Assembly: GCA_964270895.1 (NCBI GenBank)
Contig: OZ185441.1
DNA: 64,000 nucleotides
Strand: one strand, 5' to 3'
From: Podarcis filfolensis
Taxonomy: Eukaryota
In this document: positions 1 through 13,203 of the stretch, one piece after another
Numbering within the stretch: the stretch's first letter is position 1
Layout of the letters: each line of letters begins with the position of its first letter
Translations under genes and position numbers: made by a program
Notes under the pieces: model-generated
What the model was told of the DNA's origin: nothing
The model's database searches: none
What the model saw: only the letters and a program-made list of their open reading frames with translations

Positions 1-1597
1 TTTGTGGGTATCGTGGCAGCAACCACTGGAATACAGTATCATTTTCCAGAACTTGGGAACATCCTACAGAATAGCCTTTAAATATTATAAGATTGGGCAC
101 CTTTTTTAGGAATGATACTTGCTTGGAAATTATGTAACACAATTTTAAAATCTATTTAAAATGTTGATGAAAATCAGAGGTGCTTTTTGAAAACAAAACA
201 AAACAAAATCTAAACCAAAACTGGTTATAGAGTTTCAGCTCAGCTCTGATAATAGGCTAGGGTTATTTATTTATTTCCTTGCATAATACTGAATGCCAGG
301 CAAATATCTTCCATAAATGTCTTGTTTAAGAGAAATTCCAGTTTGAGAGAGATTAATTTGTACCCTTAAAAAAAGCCCACCTTTTTAATGCAGACAATTT
401 TGTCTGACATTACGGTTATATACATAGTTATTCTTTTGTGTTTACTTGGCTTCTCTGCTCTTTCTGAGCAAGTTATTCCTCTGTGTGACTTCTTTTAACA
501 AGAAGAGCACTCACAGGATTCAGGGGCCAGCCTGACCTTGAGGAACAGCAGGCAAATGATGTGCTGAATTGATGGGAAAATGCACTCTCTTGTTGCTCCT
601 TCTACTCAATGCTCCCTTCCCTTCTCAATGCAGGGAAGCACTTGCTCACATAATACGAAATTTGTGACGGGATATTGTGCTGTTATCTCTGGAACTTAAA
701 ATGCTGTTTTTGGCAGATATGCAGCCTTTTTCACATGGCATTAAATGCACCTTTGAACCTCCCTTACACTAAATATGTGCATGTATGATTGCTGTTAATG
801 TAGGAGTGAACTAATTTTTTAATTGACTGCATATTCCAGCCCTTGTTGCTATATTTGCATTCCAGACGTGGATATTCAGAAATGCACTTTTCTAATACTA
901 ATGTGAGCGCTCTTAACACTTGCAGTCTAATTCTTGCATGTACACATTCCAGCAATATTGGGAAAGTACACCCTATGTGCCTTTTTTTCTTTTTTCTTTT
1001 CTGTTTTAAAGACTCCGTGTTTTAGGGCTTGCAGAAGGGGTAGAATACTATGTCTGATTTTCAGGGCTTCTGTCCTCCTCAGCACTCTCATGCCAATCAA
1101 ATTATTCCCACCCACTTCTGCAGACATTTCTATGGCTCCAACTCCAGAAATACAAATATTTCCTGAAATATACTCGGAGTCCTGAAGTGATTTCATGCTC
1201 TTTATTGCAGCTTGTAAAACAGTGATTGAATTTCCCCCCAAACCTCAGGCTTTTATATACATTATTTACACAATGAGTCCCGTCTGATTGGCTGATTCTG
1301 CTTCCCTCCTGGATCCTGATTGGTCTTCTCCTGCAAGCCAATCAGTTGTTGCATTCTAGGATCCTACCTGCCTATTGTTCTAGGAGCCAAGCTTAGTACA
1401 TAACATTTCCAAAGCACAAAAAAGTACAAAGAAGAAGATCTGAATAAGTTGAGAGTAGTTGTGGGACTGAGACCACCATTTGCACATCAGGAAATATTTC
1501 TTACTAATGAGATTTTTTCTGTTTCAGAATATGAACTACCATTAGATATGATGGATACCTGTTAAAAACAACATTTGCGTATCAGCTCCTGCCATTG

Positions 1598-1735
1598 AAT
1601 AATAGAGTTGGAGGAGACCACAAGGGTCATCTAGTCCAGCACTCTGCAATGCAGGAATCTTTTCCCCAGGATGAGACTCAAAACCATGACCGTGAGATTA
1701 AGACTCTCATGCTGTACTGACTGAGCTACCCAGGC
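1598..1735 (-). mobile_element. tRNA-Lys-derived SINE with CR1-like 3' tail
   Basis: Minus strand begins GCCTGGGTAGCTCAGTCAGTACAGCATGAGAGTCTTAATCTC (tRNA-Lys-like), then the same body as the copies at 47132 and 54001. Confidence 0.7.
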
Positions 1736-1989
1736 CACTTATTGTGTAGTAAAATGATGTACAACTGTTTTTATCCTTACGTACAGGGGCTTTTTAAATG
1801 CTTGGATAGAAGTTCAGACAGATGCACAAGGATCTAAATACATGAAGGGGAGTCATTGAAGGTCATGCATTTGGGGTTCTAGGCTAAAACGTTCTAGGCT
1901 AAAACTGCTTATAGATCATTAAGACTGGAGCTGTGACACACGATGTTCTTTATGAAGGCAGTACCATTGTATCAAACAACGTCCTGTGA

Positions 1990-2145
<156 letters not shown>

Positions 2146-4111
2146 TGAATTAAAATTCCTGTTGTTACTTCTTTGATTTAAAGATCTGTCCATTTCTGTC
2201 TCTCATATAAGATAATAATAGTAGAGTTTTTGAGATCTCTTGAGTCAGGAAAGCTCAACGTTTAGTATAGGAGGTAGATGTATAATATAGGAGGCCAACA
2301 TACAAGGAAGCGAGCAGATAATATTATTCCCCATCCTCAGCTTAAAAGCATCTCTTGCCTCCTAATGCTTGTTTTATGAAGTGAGGGCTCCCCCTCCTGT
2401 TTCATTTAACATTAATCATTGGCATTCACTGCCGCTTTCTAGACTGGAGCAACCACAACATTAGAGGGGTTGAGTTTCGTTTGTTTACCACATTTCTACA
2501 TCGTATGTCCCCAAGGCAAATTTTAAAGCAATTAGAGCCATTTTAAGGCAATTTGAAATTTTAACATTATAAAATGGTTTAGTGGGGGTGGAGAGGCCAA
2601 CATTAAAAGCATACTTCCAGGGAAATCCCAAGTGGCTGGAAGAAAAAAAACGCTTTCACTTTGTTTCAAAATGAGTCCAAGGAAGAACATATAGACAGGT
2701 CTCTCCAGGAAATATGTTCTACAGCTCAGGAGCCACAAACAAAAATGATTGCTCTTAGTGGAAGTAAGTCCCAGTCCTTGGAAATTAGGCATTTGGAGCA
2801 GAGCCTCATTGGCAGTTCTTAAAAATGCTAAATTGTGGGCTTCATATGGGAAACTAAATTTCCTGAGATAGCTGAGGCCCCAAGCCATGTTGGGTTTAAC
2901 TGAGCAAAATCAGCACTTTGAATGGTGATTGGAAATAAACTGGTAGCAAATGGAAATTTTTCAGAGCTAGCGTGAGAAGTTCTCAATAGCTCACACCTAT
3001 TAACAAATGGGCATCGGTTGAAGTTTCTGGACAGTTTTCAAAGAATGCCCTGTATAGAGTCTGGTCTCCAAGGCCAATACCCAGGTCTCTCTCTTCTAGC
3101 ACAACCGTCAATCAACCAAAGCTTATAAAAGGCATTCTGGGTCATGGAAGCAAACTGAGACACTTTAGAGCGATGTCAAGCTCAATAGTTTGCTTAATTT
3201 GTTTTGTTTGATTTAAAAATATTTAACATTTTCAGAGCAACTCACAGTTTATAAGTAAAACCAATAGAAAAATCAGCAGCTACAAACAAGAACAACTAAA
3301 AGCCTAGAAAGAAACAGCACTGAAACAAGTTAAAAGTCCTATACAAATAAAAGAAACCGATTCATTTCAGGATTTCTAAAAATACCCTTTCTCCTGTTGT
3401 CACTTGCCTCAGTTCCAGAGGTGGGCAGTCCTTGGAGATGGGCTCTTGAAGTTGATCTCAGCATTTCAGCAGGTTCATGTGGGAACAGACACTTTTAGAG
3501 AAGTGTAGAGAAGATTCTTTTCCTTAGTGGAGAAAATGAGCCAGTCTACTGCAAGGACTTCACCAGCTAGCCATTCTCTCAAGTCCTCCACTGTAAATAG
3601 CTTTCTCTTGTCTTGACTGAACCATCATTCAGCCCATTAGTGAAAAGGGGAAATAGAATTTAGCATAATCTGCATTTTTGTGATGCCTCCGTCTGGATGA
3701 ACTCTCCCAGTGGTTTTGTTGGGATTTTAAAAAGCATAGAATATAAGCTTGAACCTAGTGGAAATATGTAGGGTATAACTCAGAGTGGGAGCAGTCTTCT
3801 CAGCACTAATTCTGGAACCTGCTTGTTAGGAAGAAACAGAACCATCACAAAGCAATTCCATCAATTCCATTGCAAATGTTACTTATTATATGACCTAACC
3901 ACTGATGTTAAAAGAGCAGATTGGACAGCTCTGGTTGCCTTTTAACCTTTTTGTTAATCTTCATTTGTTCAGCAGTATTTGGATGGGAAATGCTGGATAG
4001 GTGTTCAATAGTGGCATGGTGTTTCTTTACACCGTTTCTTGGAAAGATTTCATAGGGATGTGGTATACCTTTTAATCTACCTTATTGTTCTAAAAGAAAG
4101 TTCTTTACTAG

Positions 4112-4246
4112 GCGATGAACTGGACAAGTTGTTAGAGACAATACAACAGAGACGAGGAGATAACGTCGTAATCCCATTCAATGGGGATGTCAATGAATGT
4201 GTGTCATCTCAAGAAGCAGCTGCCATGGTTTCCACCCAAGAATTAG
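4112..4246 (+). CDS. GREB1L: GREB1L coding exon 2/21
   Basis: tag|..|gtaagg; 135 nt; [44 protein letters not shown]. Confidence 0.95.
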
Positions 4247-4539
4247 GTAAGGGCTTCCTTATGAAAAACAAAGCACTTTATGTGGAAACCAAATGTTAGC
4301 CTTCACCTGGGAATTGGAGAATATAAAAGATTGCTCTATTAAGATTCTACCCTGCTCTCATTACACTGGCCCAGACTATGAAGCCACAGAAAACATGGTA
4401 TTTGCTCGGCATAGAAATATTGCCACCGCATCCTAATTCTGGGGGGGGGGGGGAACCAAGGGGAAGTGGTGTCAGTAGTTCCACAGTTGTAGTATACTGA
4501 ATTTGCGAATAGTTGGCTGGCTGCACTAATGTGCAGGAT

Positions 4540-4540
<1 letters not shown>

Positions 4541-4575
<35 letters not shown>
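4541..4575. repeat. (GT)n microsatellite
   Basis: About 17 perfect GT units. Confidence 0.95.
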
Positions 4576-4576
<1 letters not shown>

Positions 4577-5763
4577 CTGGGCTCAATAATGCTGAGAGGG
4601 TCCAGACAACTACCAGGTCTTCTGCCCATTATTGGGGCCCTAGCGAGTAAAGCTAACAACTATTTTCTGTTAACTGTAAGCTCTTTCAAAGATCACCAAA
4701 AAATGAAATAACCCAAGTATGGCAAATAAATTCATAGCAGGCTGCTGATAACAAAATGCTATAACGGTAACCACCTATTATAATCTTAGAAAGGTGTTTC
4801 CAGTGTGGTATGAATGAAGTGAGAAGGGTGTTAAAAAAGTTTTCCTGTGTGGTTTGGGTCCACGAAGGGTATTTAAAAAGTGATTCAGAATGTGTAACTG
4901 CCCACATCTACTGCAGTTTTATGTGTTAGCAACCAAAACAGCTACAAACACTTGTATGAAGCTGCTTTTTAAACAAGTCACAGTCACTATGTAATATTAC
5001 TAATTTTTTAATATTTATTTATCTACTGTTTCTGGATTGAAAAGTGCTGGGTCACAAGGTCCATATTGCTACACTTGTCCTTACACAGAAATGGAATTTC
5101 TCCTTCCAGAAAATTTAAAAAATGATTTCTGCAATTAGCCTATTGCTTATCTACCAGGCATGAGAAGCCATCTGCTTGTGGGTCCCCGTTTGACCTGCAA
5201 GGCCTTTTCATGTACACCAACCCCACCTGTCATGTATCTGACATCATATGTGAGGCTGTCAGTGCACAATTAGGAACCTTAAAGTGCACTCCAGAGTGTT
5301 CAATGGCAAGGCAGATTTGCTGTCCCACCTGATTAGTTGAGAGCTTGCTTGAGTCAGCTCTACTGTCAGTTTCCCCATAGGGAATTTCATAGTGTAGCAA
5401 AATTCACAGAAAAGGGAGCTTGAAGTCAGCACTTACTGACTTATGGGTGGTGACTTCAAACCATGCTTGACTCAACATGGATTTTCCTTTGAGTCACCTG
5501 ATGTCCTGGCAGTGCCAGGTGACTGACACGTCCATTTGTCAAAGTGGTCTACTGAGGGCAGCAGAACCCAGGATCTGGCCTGCCTGCCAGATCCAAATCA
5601 CTACTGCTGGTCTACACACTTCACCTGAGACTAAGTTCCATTCAGCTCTCTTCCATGTACTGACCAGGCCTGTTTAGCTTCAGAAACAGAAAATAATTAA
5701 TGGGCATCTCTGGACTATTTTCTGGCACTCAGAAGCTAAATTATAGTTCTTTTTTTCTCCTAG

Positions 5764-5961
5764 ATTTGGACACTGAAACATTCCAAATTTATCAACCACA
5801 ACTCACAATTGCCAGAAAGCTCTTGTCACAGGTATGCGCCATTGCAGACAGTGGCAACCAAAGCCTGGATCTCGGTCACTTCAGCAAAGTAGATTTCATT
5901 GTTGTAGTCCCTCGTTCAGAGGTGCTGGTCCAACAGACCATTCAACGGATTCGACAATCAG
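5764..5961 (+). CDS. GREB1L: GREB1L coding exon 3/21
   Basis: tag|..|gtaaaa; 198 nt; [30 protein letters not shown]...QRIRQS. Confidence 0.95.
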
Positions 5962-6976
5962 GTAAAAGAAAGCAAGGAGAAAAGCAGCATATTGAATCCA
6001 ACAAAGCGTTTTATATATGTCTGGACTGAATTCATAATGAAATAAAACCAAAATACAAAAGATCATGATGTAATCTGTAGCTGTGCTCCTGTGAATTCTG
6101 CATCAAAGAGAAGATTATGTCCGTGTCTTATGTATCTTACGCAAATCAGGCATCTCGATAAGCATTTCCTTATTGTTTCATAATTCTGTTTCACCTAATC
6201 ACTCACTGGCTGGAACATGGATTCTTAGGGAATTGATATAGTGCCCCAATGGAAACTTTGCTTGTCTCTTTGCTTCTGCTTTTGGGATTTAAGATTTCGT
6301 CTTCCTTGTCAGCCTTTAGGAACTAGAGACTAGATTTTTTAAAAAAAATGAACTAAACACTTTTAGGTTTCTGAATTTTGTGCACTGTATAATTTCTGAC
6401 ATTCATAGTTTTACAAAATACACACAGTGACATTGGACAAATCTGGCACTGAAATGCAGCCTAGGGCATTTGACAGAAGTTACACATATTTAATATATAG
6501 ATAATATTGTTAGTGAAGAAAGTTTGTTCTGAAGCTGCAGTTAGGCTTGGCTTCCCGCCATGTGCAAACCCAGCATTCTGGCATCATGTTCCCAAACAAG
6601 GCAGGATCATAAAACAAATTTTGAATTACAAATCTGGGTTTGGGAGCAATAATCCAGGACACATCACAGGAAGCCAAGTTGATTGTTGCTTCCTGATTTG
6701 TTTTACTTGCTCACATGAAGGGAGGTTTGAAGGAGGGACAGAATTATCTCTGTGTGACAGTGTGCTACTTAGTCACAATAACCCAGGCTAAACCAGGAAT
6801 CCTAGCTTACCATGCATGGCATGTGAACACTAACAGATTGTTTTTCCTATATGTTGAGTTTCATGGCTGAGTTGGCATTTGATCTGTTCTGTAGCCTGTT
6901 TTTGGCATCCCCAGAACTTACTTGTTTGTTTATTGGGCAAAAGCAAAGTTCCCGTCTCTGCCGTTTCTTCCTCCAG

Positions 6977-7157
6977 GTGTTCTTGTAGACTTGGGACTTG
7001 AAGAAACTGGAGCAGCTTACCAACGAGCTGAAAAATACGTGGTGCGGCTAGACAATGATATTCAAACTAAGTTTGATGTTTTCATGAGACGGGTAAAACA
7101 GAATCCGTATACCCTTTTTGTGCTGGTGCATGACAATGCCCATGTGGATTTAACAAG
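6977..7157 (+). CDS. GREB1L: GREB1L coding exon 4/21
   Basis: cag|..|gtaatt; 181 nt, phase 1-2; [27 protein letters not shown]...HVDLT. Confidence 0.95.
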
Positions 7158-7535
7158 GTAATTCCTTCAAAGTAAAGCATATATTAACAGTTAATATTAT
7201 ACTGTAGGCTTTCATTCAAATTGTAGGTGTAAGTATGAGCTCTTAGGTTTTTAGTAAGTTGAAACAAGTGCACCCGTCACTGCAGTACAGAATGAACCAT
7301 ATCTGTCAGACACCTTCCTGCCACATGCTGCTGTTAAAGACACAGGAAAATACCCAAAATGATTATGGCTCTACATGGTGAAAGGCTTGTGTTATGGAAT
7401 ATTGTAGATAAATGGCAATTGGGCAGCCACTTGTGTTCATTGGATCACTTCCATAGCAGCTCCCTCATTTATACCACCATGGGTTTCAAAAATCCTGCCC
7501 AGTGACAGTGGTATGCTCTGTTCTATCTGTACTAT

Positions 7536-7679
7536 CTCGCCAGAGCAGCTTCGTCACGCTGGCCACGTGACCCGGAAGTGTCTCCGGACAGCGCTGGCCC
7601 CCGGCCTCTTAAGTGAGATGGGCACACAACCCTAGAGTCGGACACGACTGGCCCGTACGGGCAGGGGTACCATTTCCCT
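7536..7679 (+). mobile_element. 5'-truncated Sauria-type SINE with 12-bp TSD
   Basis: 3' half resembles the full copies (gctggccacgtgacccggaag...gagtcggacacgactgg); TATCTGTACTAT at 7524-7535 and 7680-7691. Confidence 0.8.
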
Positions 7680-8183
7680 TATCTGTACTATGTCTTGTTG
7701 CGACTGACTGCCTTAAGACCAGATTTTGCAAAATGGGCAGAGTCATGGTGTTCATAGCATTAGGATGCTGACAATGGGTACCAGAGATTCAGAATAGGCC
7801 ATATGATATGGCATGACCCACACTTTAAATTCCCCACTTTGGGGCCTGCATGCTGCTCACCTCTGCTTCAAACTTACTAGCTTTTTCTTTTCTTCCCCAA
7901 CCTCCTGAAAAACACAAAACCACTTTTTATATAACTGGTACCACCAATTAGTAATTTTATAAACAGGCACTGCACCACAAATATTTACATGAAACCTTAA
8001 TTTGTAGAGTGGAGTAGTGGACATTAAGCCAATATTTGTACACCAACCCCATGTTTAAGTAGTTCCTGGTTCTTTGTGGCCTAAGTGACTTCTGTAGCTC
8101 CTGTTGTAATCTTTTTGTTTTTGTTTTGATCTACAGAACACGAAGCAGACATTAAAAATGAAATGTCTTGTTGCTTTTCCTAG

Positions 8184-8376
8184 TGCCATCTCAAGTTCTC
8201 TATCCCATGGGGAGCCTAGTCATGGACTGGCTGACAGAATGATAAATTGCAGAGAGGTACTTGAAGCTTTCAACCTCCTTGTCCTCCAAGTGAGTTCTTT
8301 CCCATACGCTCTTCAAACTCTGCAATCCAGAATCAGCTCTGCCAATGAGGTACACTGGATACAGTTAGGCAACATG
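8184..8376 (+). CDS. GREB1L: GREB1L coding exon 5/21
   Basis: tag|..|gtaaga; 193 nt; [32 protein letters not shown]...WIQLGNM. Confidence 0.95.
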
Positions 8377-9789
8377 GTAAGAGGTCTAAATGTTATAATA
8401 GCTTTTAGGAAGCTTTTATGTGCTTTTATGAGCATCTTTGGTCTTTGTCTCTGCTGTTATCATAAAGTGGGAATTGATTTCGTCTGCTGATCTAATCAAG
8501 TCTAAAGTCAAGCTCTGATGGCATCTAAGAAGGGATAGGATTCATATAATGCTCAACTTGGTCGCTGTCTCGCCTACCAATTGCTTCGTATGCTTTGGTA
8601 AATCCCAGAAATTGGTTGTTAGTGGTGCCAACTTCATTTATTTTCTGTGATGTATAGCCCATCTTTAAACAGCCAATTGACATCCACAGAGTGCTTACAA
8701 AAGACTTCAAAAATACAAATATTATAGAACAACTAAAACACCCCACCACTGCCCTATTTAAATTAAGGGCCTAATTCCTCTGTCTCTTTACCCCAGCTAG
8801 TACTCACAGAATACAGTTGGTTTCTGGACTGAAGTCTTCTCTCTGGCCCAGCCCTCGCTTTGCTTCTCATGGACTTGATCGATCTTCAGCCACATTGCAG
8901 ACTTCTTTCTGAAGAGAATCTTTCACTTTGGTCAGGACCACCACCCTGAAGACTGGCTTTAGTTTTCCAGCTGCTTGCTTGTTGAAGTCTCTCTACTTTC
9001 TTAAGCACAACTCCTCTGGAACCTTCCACCCCTTATTGCACTTCTGGTCCTTCCCATTTTAAACTTTCTTCAGCCTCTCACACTCAGCTGCTTACCAGAC
9101 TCCTCAGCTTCTGGCAGTCTCTGTCTCTTCAGTTATGCCTCCTCTTCTGTCTTTCCCCTTTAAGCTGTCCTCTGCTTGACTCCACCTCCAACAAATTATT
9201 TGACGCTTCATCTGGCTTTCTATGCTTTGTTGTCCACAGCCTCTGTGGCCACCTCACAGGACCCCCTTGATTTTACCCAAGAACTCTCAAAACACCAACT
9301 GGATTAGCCCCTTCTAATGGCTCTGGTCACCAGTGACATTCTCTTCCAGTACAGTACTGCTAGCTGCCAAAGGTGTTTCCCTCCTTCCCAGCTTTGGCCA
9401 CATTCACACCTTACATTTAAAGTGCTAAGATACCACTTCAAACAGTCATGGCTGTTTTGGGAACTGTAGTTTATTAAAGGTGCTGAGAATTGTTAGGAGT
9501 CCCCTATTCTACTTACAGAGTTACAATTCTGAGTGCCCTGTGAGGAGATTCTTAAACCACACTGGAAGGGGAATAGGGCATCTCCGAACAAATAAACTAC
9601 AGCTACTAGAATTAAGCATTTAATCATAGTACAAAACATATCACCATTCATAAGACACTTAAATATTTGCATTAGAATAATAATAAATTGGTTTTTTTTA
9701 TACGTAGGATGAAAAAAACTCCACCTCCAGCCAGTAAGAGCTCACAGCAACTTAAATGAATTAACAACTTTAAATGTTAGCAGTGTTTA

Positions 9790-10225
9790 AAAGCCAGGGG
9801 AGGGGGGAGGAAAGAGAAAGGTATTTGCCTTGCACCAAAAATGATAATGAAGTGGGGAGCAGCAATCCTCACTGGGAAAGCCTCACTTCACAGATAGGGT
9901 GCCATTTCCAAAAAAGCTCTCTCCCTGGTTGCCACCTGCCTTACTGGTGATGTTGGGAGCCCCCAGAAAAGAGCCTCAGAGCTAGATTTCAGGTGACTTG
10001 TAAGAGGAGAAGATGGTCCAGCAGATACCTGTGTCCTAAGCCGTGTAAGACTTTAGAAGTAAGCACCAGCACTTTGAATTGACCCAGAAAACAAACAGGA
10101 AGCCAGTGAAGCTGTTACAAAAGAGGTGCGATGTGAGACCATCTCCTGGTCCATGTTAGCAGTCTACTTGCTGCATTCTGAAATCATTTGAGCTTTGGGT
10201 CTGTCTTTGAAGACAGCCCTACATT
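9790..10225 (-). mobile_element. Decayed L2-type LINE fragment
   Basis: Shares motifs with younger L2 3' ends in the window (ctttagaagtaagcaccagcactttgaattg, gaagccagtg). Confidence 0.5.
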
Positions 10226-10527
10226 AAACTAATTCCCTCATAAAGGGATTTTAGGATAAACTAACTGATGTTGAGATCTATATAATCCATTATTTGGGAC
10301 TATTATAGTTCTTCATTCAGCTACAGAATCTGTGGGCAATATGGCTGTGGCTGTATTGAACAAATGTTATTTCATACCTTGTTTATGAAGGGAAAAGGCC
10401 ATTTATAAGATGTATGAACATAATGATAATTTTCAAGGGGAAGCGAAAAACACGTTTTGTATATAGGACAAGTATACACTCTTAAGAATCACATTACTTG
10501 CACATTACTTATCTCTGTTTGGAGCAG

Positions 10528-10661
10528 GAGGAACTGAGCCAAGATGAGAAGCTGTATTTTGGCTTGAATGAATACAGCAAATCTCTGCAGTGGGGAATCA
10601 CAAGCCCTCTTCTGAGATGTGATGAAACCTTTGAAAAAATGGTGAATACACTGTTAGAGAG
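10528..10661 (+). CDS. GREB1L: GREB1L coding exon 6/21
   Basis: cag|..|gtaaat; 134 nt; [44 protein letters not shown](R). Confidence 0.93.
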
Positions 10662-10774
10662 GTAAATGCTTTTGGAATAGTATTTAGCTAAGTCCATGAG
10701 TATGCCTGTCTAGAAAGAGGAATGTCTAATTCCCCATCCTAATGAGCAGTGAGCAGGAAAGGATATTCAGTCCT

Positions 10775-11120
10775 TAATAATAATAATAATAATTTATTAT
10801 TTATACCCCGCCCATCTGGCTGGGCTTCCCCAGCCATTCTGGGAGGGTTCCAGCAAAATATTAAAATACAGTAATGCATCAAACATTAAAAGCTTCCCTA
10901 AACAGGGCTGCCTTCAGATGTCTTCTAAAAGTCTGGTAGTTGTTATTCTCTTTGACGTCTGGTGGGAGGGCGTTCCACAGGTGGGTGCCACTACCGAGAA
11001 GGCCCTCTGCCTGGTTCCCTGGAACTTGGCTTCTCGCAGTGAGGGAACTGCCAGAAGGCCCTCGGTGCTGGACCTCAGTGTCCAGGTAAAACGATGAGGG
11101 TGGAGACACTCCTTCAGATA
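10775..11120 (-). mobile_element. L2-type LINE 3' end
   Basis: (ATT)n tail on minus strand; translation ...LLGSGTHLWNALPPDVKENNNYQTFRRHLKAALFREAF resembles an L2 ORF2 C-terminus (LWNxLP...F+++LK). Confidence 0.8.
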
Positions 11121-11396
11121 CATGCTATGGAATAATCTCCACTGAACATAGTGGGACATAACCTCTGAATTGGATTGGATTGGATTAGACTGTGATGTTT
11201 AGGGTCTGTCTATAATTCTGCTAGCAGTATAGAAATGTATGCAAACACAGCGCTTATACGATTAATCATATAATTAAAATGAGAATACGTTTAAGAGTCC
11301 CAGGCTATGCCTCTTCTTTTGTCTGATGTTTGGACCCAACATCAGACCAGCACATATTAACTTGACTAATTAAAACTAAGCTGTGCTCTTTTCAAG

Positions 11397-11736
11397 GTAC
11401 CCCAGGCTGCACAGCATGGTGATTCGCTGCTATCTGCTTATTCAGCAGTATTTGGAAGCATTGATGGCCCTCACCACCATGGCCTCCCTCAGGGACCACA
11501 GCACACCTGAGACTCTCAGCATAATGGATGACATCATCACTGCACCCGGCAAGGATAAGAATGGCCGTGGCCACATGCTTGTCATCAGGATTCCCTCTGT
11601 GCAGCTGGCAATGCTGGCAAAAGAGAGGCTGCAAGAAGCTCGAGATAAACTAGGCCTGCAGTATCGGTTTGAGATCATCTTGGGGAACCCAGCTTCAGAA
11701 CTTACTGTTGCCAAGCACTTTGTGAAGCGATTAAAG
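11397..11736 (+). CDS. GREB1L: GREB1L coding exon 7/21
   Basis: aag|..|gttagc; 340 nt; [40 protein letters not shown]...HFVKRLK. Confidence 0.95.
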
Positions 11737-12364
11737 GTTAGCTTAGGTGGCTTGTTTGCTTTTTTGTTACATATTACATAGAACTTACAGGTTTGCATGC
11801 AGTAAGTGTACTCATGGTCATTTGTTGATGTGTGTTTAAATTTCCCATGGAGAAGAGACAATGTAATAAGCTACTTTTGACTGGACTCACTCATTCAGAT
11901 ACTGCCTTACTGTACCGTACTTTACAATGTTCTGAGTAAGCAAAAACAGACCCGTTACCATTGAACTCATGTGAAAGTCATTGGTGAATGATTTCATACA
12001 GTCGCAAAGAAAAAAAATACATAGTTGCAGGTGTTTTGAGCTATCATGTCATACATGGACTTGCTGAGACATCAAAACATTCAGGATTTTGCAAAATGAG
12101 ACCAGTGCAACTGTGCTAGCAAAGGAGACCATGGAAAGTCTTGGGAGAAGTAACATGGGGAGAAAGGGGATATGGTGGACAAGAGTCAACAAATAGGGAC
12201 AGAGTCAAGGATCTTCCCCTGCTGTGTACTCTTGCACAGTTGCAGACACAAAATCTAATGTTAACTTACAAACATGAAGACCCATTGTACAGATAGGGCA
12301 CAGTATTGGGAATAGGATACTGACCCTATTTGCACATAACATTAAGCCAAACCATGGCTTAGTG

Positions 12365-12456
12365 CAGGCATAGGCAACCTCGACCCTGACCACTGGGCTA
12401 GGGATCATGGGAGTTGTAATCCCAAAAATCTGGAGGGCTGAGTTTGCCTATGTCTG
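12365..12456. mobile_element. Internally deleted hAT-type MITE, 8-bp TSD
   Basis: Ends CAGGCATAGGCAACCTC / GTTTGCCTATGTCTG; GCTTAGTG at 12357-12364 and 12457-12464. Confidence 0.75.
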
Positions 12457-12468
12457 GCTTAGTGCAAA

Positions 12469-12845
12469 CAGTGGCAGAGGAAGGTGTGTGTGGGCCGCCC
12501 TGGGTGGCATCACTGAGGGGGGGGGGTGACAAAATGATAAAAATATGACTTTTAAAAAATAATAATAAAATTGGGCTCACGAAACTTTTTAGTTCAGTCA
12601 ACAAACGTAACAAAACACAGCTGGCACTGCGCGTCACACACTCTCCTGGGAGTGACGTGGTGGCTTGGGCGCTGCAGGCGCCGCGCTGCCTAAAATGGCA
12701 ACGTGGGGCTTGTGTCTGCCCACCGCCTCTCCCTCAGCCGCCCTACAGCTGAGTGGGAGGTGGTGGAGAGGCTCCACGCAGCGCGCCCCACCCCTGGCTG
12801 CAGGACGCACACGCCACACCGGGCACCTGAGCCGGTTAGTCGCTG
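12469..12845. mobile_element. GC-rich non-autonomous DNA transposon (hAT-like), 8-bp TSD
   Basis: AGTGCAAA at 12461-12468 and 12846-12853; CAG..CTG termini, TIRs imperfect. Confidence 0.6.
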
Positions 12846-12959
12846 AGTGCAAATGAGCATATGTGTAGGTTCCTGGACTGACGATTACGGCTGCTGTGCT
12901 ACTGAGGGCTAAACCATAGTTTGGCTTAGTGTTATGTCTGTTGGAAGGAGGCAGTGGTA

Positions 12960-13203
12960 AAACCACACCTTCATTTTGCACCTTTAGGCGCCAGGCAAAC
13001 ACATTCCATTTTAAACAGGCCTTTGGTTGATTTGAATGACATCCTATGCCCTTTTAAAATGTGGGGGTTTTTGGAGGGGGGTTATTGGGTTGTTGTTTTT
13101 ACTTTGATTATGTATTATGTGGTTTTTATTATTTTGATTTTATTCTGTGAACTGCTGAGACCTCCGGGTATAGGGTGGTATATAAAGTCAATAAATAATA
13201 ATA
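12960..13203 (+). mobile_element. L2-type LINE 3' end
   Basis: Ends gggtatagggtggtatataaagtcaataaataataat; similar to the reverse complement of 18160-18627. Confidence 0.7.

Noticed and set aside
927-1241. 104-aa minus-strand ORF vaguely like a retroelement ORF1/esterase
   Set aside because: Similarity too weak to assign by eye; no flanking element structure found
1528-1545. Good-looking acceptor (ttttttctgtttcag) upstream of the first GREB1L exon
   Set aside because: All three frames close quickly and none matches GREB1L
4339-4659. ORFs with THTHTH, CVCVCV, YIYIYI or YVCM repeats (also 24074, 27594, 27745, 34334)
   Set aside because: Translations of microsatellites
11392-11861. Minus-strand ORFs of 80 and 139 aa over GREB1L exon 7; similar ORFs over exon 10 (19654-20195)
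   Set aside because: Antisense shadows of real coding exons; no recognisable protein
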